Origin: Bacteroidota bacterium | GTDB lineage: Bacteria; Bacteroidota; JABWAT01 | Direction: 5' to 3' | NCBI GenBank assembly: GCA_023151185.1 | Contig: JAKLJL010000001.1 | Coordinates: 359,306 to 423,305 of the forward strand | DNA: 64,000 bases | In this document: positions 60,814-64,000 of the stretch, in pieces | Layout: each line of letters starts with the position of its first letter | Position numbering within the stretch: the first letter of the stretch is position 1 | Program-made: the position numbers and the translations under genes | The notes under the pieces: generated by a model | The model's database searches: none | What the model saw: only the letters and a program-made list of their open reading frames with translations | What the model was told of the DNA's origin: nothing

Positions 60814-62078
60814 AGAAAAAAGTCGTGGTTCTCGGCGGCGGATTTGCCGGACTGCAGTTCTGCCGGAGCCTGAACAAAAAGATATTCGACATCACCCTGA
60901 TTGACCGGCAGAATCATCATCAGTTTCAACCTCTGTTTTACCAGGTGGCAGCTTCCCAAATCGAGCCGGCGAATATTTCTTTCCCGCTAAGATCCGTTTT
61001 CAGAAATCAGCCCCAGGTTCAGATCCGGATGGCAGAAGTTAAAACAGTGGATACCACTTCCAGAACGGTAAAGACTACCGCCGGTGATTTTTCCTTTGAT
61101 ATTCTGGTTCTGGCCACCGGATGCCGAACGAATTTTTTTGGCAATGAAGCACTGGCCCGCCATGCCCTGACACTTAAAACAACGGCTGATGCAATCCGGA
61201 TCCGGAATCACATTCTGTCTTTGTTTGAACGGATGGTGGTTGCCCCGCCAGACGAGCAGGAACATCTGTGTAATATTGTTATCGCCGGGGCAGGGCCAAC
61301 CGGGGTGGAACTGGCAGGTGCATTTGCCGAGATCAGGAGAGATGTACTTCCAAGGGATTTTCCCGGAGTTGATTTCAGCAAACTGACCGTCTACCTGGTT
61401 GAAGGAAGCCCAGATACACTTGCCGCCATGAGTGAGGCATCCCGGACAGAATCCCGCAGGTATCTTGAAGGGCTTGGGGTTACGGTTAAAACCGGAACAA
61501 TGGTGAAGACTTTTGATGGCCGGACTGTATTTTTTCAGGACGGATCGTCTATCCGTACAGAGACACTGATCTGGGCAGCCGGAGTCATTGCAAACCGGCC
61601 AGAAGGATTACCGGAGGCAAACAAGGCTCCCGGAAACCGGGTCCGGGTTAACCGCCTGAATCAGGTTGAAGGAACAAATCAGATCTTTGCTCTGGGTGAT
61701 CTGGCCTACATGGAAACCCCGAAATATCCCAAAGGGCACCCCCAGGTTGCCAATGTTGCCCTCAGTCAGGCCCGGTTTCTGGCGAAAAACCTTGAGAAAC
61801 TGGAAAAAGGTCACCGTGCAGGCGAGTTTGAATACCGGGATCTTGGATCCATGGCAACAATTGGAAAGCATAAAGCGGTGGTTGATTTTCCGTTTCTTCA
61901 TGTCAAGGGGTATCCGGCCTGGCTCATCTGGATGTTTCTTCATCTGATGCTGATCCTGTCAGTTAAAAATAAACTGCTGATTTTTATTAACTGGGCATGG
62001 AATTACGTCAGTTATGATTCTTCACTCAGGTTGATTTTTACCGCACCTGAAACCAAAAAGGCGAATGATTCTCCCTGA
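60810..62078 (+). CDS. ndh: Type II NADH dehydrogenase (NDH-2)
   Basis: GGGFAG, FQPLFYQVA, GAGPTGVELAG and GSMATIG motifs. Confidence 0.9.
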   Translation: MKKKVVVLGGGFAGLQFCRSLNKKIFDITLIDRQNHHQFQPLFYQVAASQIEPANISFPLRSVFRNQPQVQIRMAEVKTVDTTSRTVKTTAGDFSFDILVLATGCRTNFFGNEALARHALTLKTTADAIRIRNHILSLFERMVVAPPDEQEHLCNIVIAGAGPTGVELAGAFAEIRRDVLPRDFPGVDFSKLTVYLVEGSPDTLAAMSEASRTESRRYLEGLGVTVKTGTMVKTFDGRTVFFQDGSSIRTETLIWAAGVIANRPEGLPEANKAPGNRVRVNRLNQVEGTNQIFALGDLAYMETPKYPKGHPQVANVALSQARFLAKNLEKLEKGHRAGEFEYRDLGSMATIGKHKAVVDFPFLHVKGYPAWLIWMFLHLMLILSVKNKLLIFINWAWNYVSYDSSLRLIFTAPETKKANDSP

Positions 62079-62147
62079 TTTCACCGGTAAGTTTTTCAGG
62101 AATGTAGTATATTGGGCAGAAAGAAAGACTTAAAAAAGGATTTTCCT

Positions 62148-62687
62148 ATGTTCGGCAACCGTCTGTGGGTACTTTACCTGATTTCCGGTTTTTTGCTTGG
62201 CTGTCAGCCCGAAAAATTTAGGGAAGCAGGTTCAGAAAATACCGGATCCACTTTTCAGCCTTCAGATTATGGTCTGCAGGATAATCCGGTAAAACTTGTC
62301 AGAGGTCAGGTCTTGTACCTGCCGGTTTATTCCAACATTCCCTATTCACTTGATTCAGTCAAGTTTGATATGAGTGCTTTTCTGGCAGTTCACAACACTG
62401 ACTTCAGGCAACCGGTCCGGATAAAAAGAATTCAGTTTTTCAATTCGAAAGGGCGGATGGTAAAAGAGTATACTGAAACTCCCGCCAGACAACTGGGACC
62501 ACTCGAAACCGCCGATTTTTATGTACCATACAGTGACAAAAGCGGAACGGGGGCCAATTTCCTGATTGAATGGGAATCTGATTCTCTTGTCACTGAACCT
62601 CTGATTGAATCCGTAACAATCAACCTGAATTCCCCAAACAGTCTGGCGGTTCTCAGTACCGGGAAAGTTCTTCGTGAAAGGCGGTAA
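62148..62687 (+). CDS. DUF3124 family lipoprotein
   Basis: LLGC lipobox; YLPVYSNI...HNTD...GTGANFLIEW...PLIESV. Confidence 0.82.
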   Translation: MFGNRLWVLYLISGFLLGCQPEKFREAGSENTGSTFQPSDYGLQDNPVKLVRGQVLYLPVYSNIPYSLDSVKFDMSAFLAVHNTDFRQPVRIKRIQFFNSKGRMVKEYTETPARQLGPLETADFYVPYSDKSGTGANFLIEWESDSLVTEPLIESVTINLNSPNSLAVLSTGKVLRERR

Positions 62688-62690
62688 CCC

Positions 62691-63095
62691 TCACTTCTGA
62701 TGTGGCTCTCTTTCAGCACTATAATACCCAGATGCAAACAGGATCAGTCCAATACTGCCGAAGATAGCCTGAAATGGATGGAAAACCTGAATCAGGAGAA
62801 TCTGAACCAAAATCCAACCTGAAAGAAGGATTCCCTGAAGCATGATCAGCCAGGGTGCTTTCGGGTGGCCGAGTACCACAAACAAAAAAGCAGTCAGCCC
62901 CAGAAATCCGTTTACCGCAAGAAGAATTATCCCGGGAATCAGATAGTCTGAAAAGGGAGTTCCTGCCAGATAAGAAATTGGAAGACCAAGCGAAGATCCG
63001 TCCGGATTGGTAACCAGATGGTAGCCGCCGAAAAAGGCTCCGGTCCAGTTCAGAAAAAGAAGGGCAGCGGTCAGAAAGGTGAGCAGTTTTTTCAT
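62691..63095 (-). CDS. Small membrane protein
   Basis: PDGSSLG...TPFSDYLIPGIIL...WILVQ. Confidence 0.75.
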   Translation of the reverse strand: MKKLLTFLTAALLFLNWTGAFFGGYHLVTNPDGSSLGLPISYLAGTPFSDYLIPGIILLAVNGFLGLTAFLFVVLGHPKAPWLIMLQGILLSGWILVQILLIQVFHPFQAIFGSIGLILFASGYYSAEREPHQK

Positions 63096-63110
63096 CGTTT
63101 TCCCGGGATT

Positions 63111-64000
63111 TTAATTTTCAAGTGTAATCAGAGTCCAGATGCCAAGTTGAGGGAGCGTGAAGTGAGATTCCTTGCTTTCAACGGTTATTTCCGGGAAAAC
63201 AGGCGCCCCAGACCGGTAATCCGGCGACGCAATCCAGATTTTAGAATAAGTCCCGGGTACAGCAACCTGTACTGACTGGAAGGTGGTTGGCCAGGCTTTG
63301 GTTCCGTTTGTATCCCGCCAGTCAAGGGATGAAACCCCAGAGAGATTAATCAGGCTGATCACCGTTTTGTTGCCGGTTTGCTTTGATAAAGCCACCACCC
63401 TGTTGCTTTGATACGGCCAGTTCTGAACCGGAATTGCGCCCTGGTTTAAACTGATCGGAACGGCGCTGAAACCAGATGACGTTACGAGCAATTCCTGATA
63501 GGCTACCTGAAAATCGTACCAGGCGATCAGTTTTTTCTCCAGATCCTGAGGCATTGCCAGATTAGAGTTCGGAAAGTATTCCTTTCCGAGCATGTGTTCA
63601 CCCAATTCAAGATGAAAACCCCCGGCTGCGAAAATAAACGAATCGGTCAGCAGTACCGACGGTACATTGAAAGTCCCGGGTGAATCGGCCTTTTTATAGT
63701 TCATATAGGCTGCCAGAACAGTTTTCCTGCCATAAGTTGTTTGGTTACCGGCCAGAATCGAAAGCAGACTGGAATACGTATCGTTGGGTGACCAGACTTC
63801 AGTATATAAAAAAGGAGTTGGTGCAGAACCAGCCGTCTTCAGGCCATATTGATTCACCAGATTAAAACTGTTTTTCTTTTCAGGAAACCGGCTGGCAAAC
63901 CGGTTGATCAGCGTCCCGAAAAAATCTTCCGGGTTAACCCGGTTTCCGTCAGAATCATAGACCACACCCCGGTCGCCAAGCTGATCCATGTGGAACCCGT
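63111..64000 (-). CDS. GH66 family (dextranase/CITase-like) glycoside hydrolase, C-terminal part, truncated by the window
   Basis: (GFH)MDQLGDRG, NLVNQYG, YTEVW, AAYMNY, HLELGEHMLGKEYFPN, WRDTNG. Confidence 0.85.
   Translation of the reverse strand, partial: GFHMDQLGDRGVVYDSDGNRVNPEDFFGTLINRFASRFPEKKNSFNLVNQYGLKTAGSAPTPFLYTEVWSPNDTYSSLLSILAGNQTTYGRKTVLAAYMNYKKADSPGTFNVPSVLLTDSFIFAAGGFHLELGEHMLGKEYFPNSNLAMPQDLEKKLIAWYDFQVAYQELLVTSSGFSAVPISLNQGAIPVQNWPYQSNRVVALSKQTGNKTVISLINLSGVSSLDWRDTNGTKAWPTTFQSVQVAVPGTYSKIWIASPDYRSGAPVFPEITVESKESHFTLPQLGIWTLITLEN

Overview
Chromosomal window from an FCB-group bacterium, probably Ignavibacteriota/Chlorobi/Rhodothermota-like. This is inferred from the PNPFNP-type secretion tails, the OstA-like LptA and the TAnnTTTG-like promoters. 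Layout: 1-18.7 kb is housekeeping (MglA/MglB-like module, plsC-gatC-kdsB-pyrG-kdsA-kdsD-lptC-lptA-lptB, aroF-glmS, S9 peptidase, radical SAM). 18.9-24 kb is a beta-mannan degradation operon. 25.4-31.4 kb is an AT-rich integron-like cassette array with three attC-like sites, a probable attI-like site, no integrase, and a 7 x 42-bp tandem repeat where the integrase would normally lie; its first cassette encodes a Sul3-like dihydropteroate synthase with the sulfonamide-resistance insertion. 33.0-38.1 kb is a four-gene signalling operon: CheY-like, CheX, an Amt-HAMP-PAS-HPt-CheA-type kinase fusion, and a receiver fused to a degenerate cyclase. 38.5-48 kb holds a GH81 glucanase, SOD, a GIY-YIG nuclease embedded in nested palindromes, a stand-alone DnaE2-like polymerase and a RAYT. 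48-64 kb contains small accessory, stress and regulatory genes. Best candidates for novelty: the ammonium-sensing CheA-like phosphorelay, the integrase-less cassette array with a new sul-like gene, an unannotated Phe/Tyr/Trp-rich leader peptide upstream of aroF, and the GIY-YIG/nested-palindrome element. All family assignments come from motif recognition by eye; no database searches were run.
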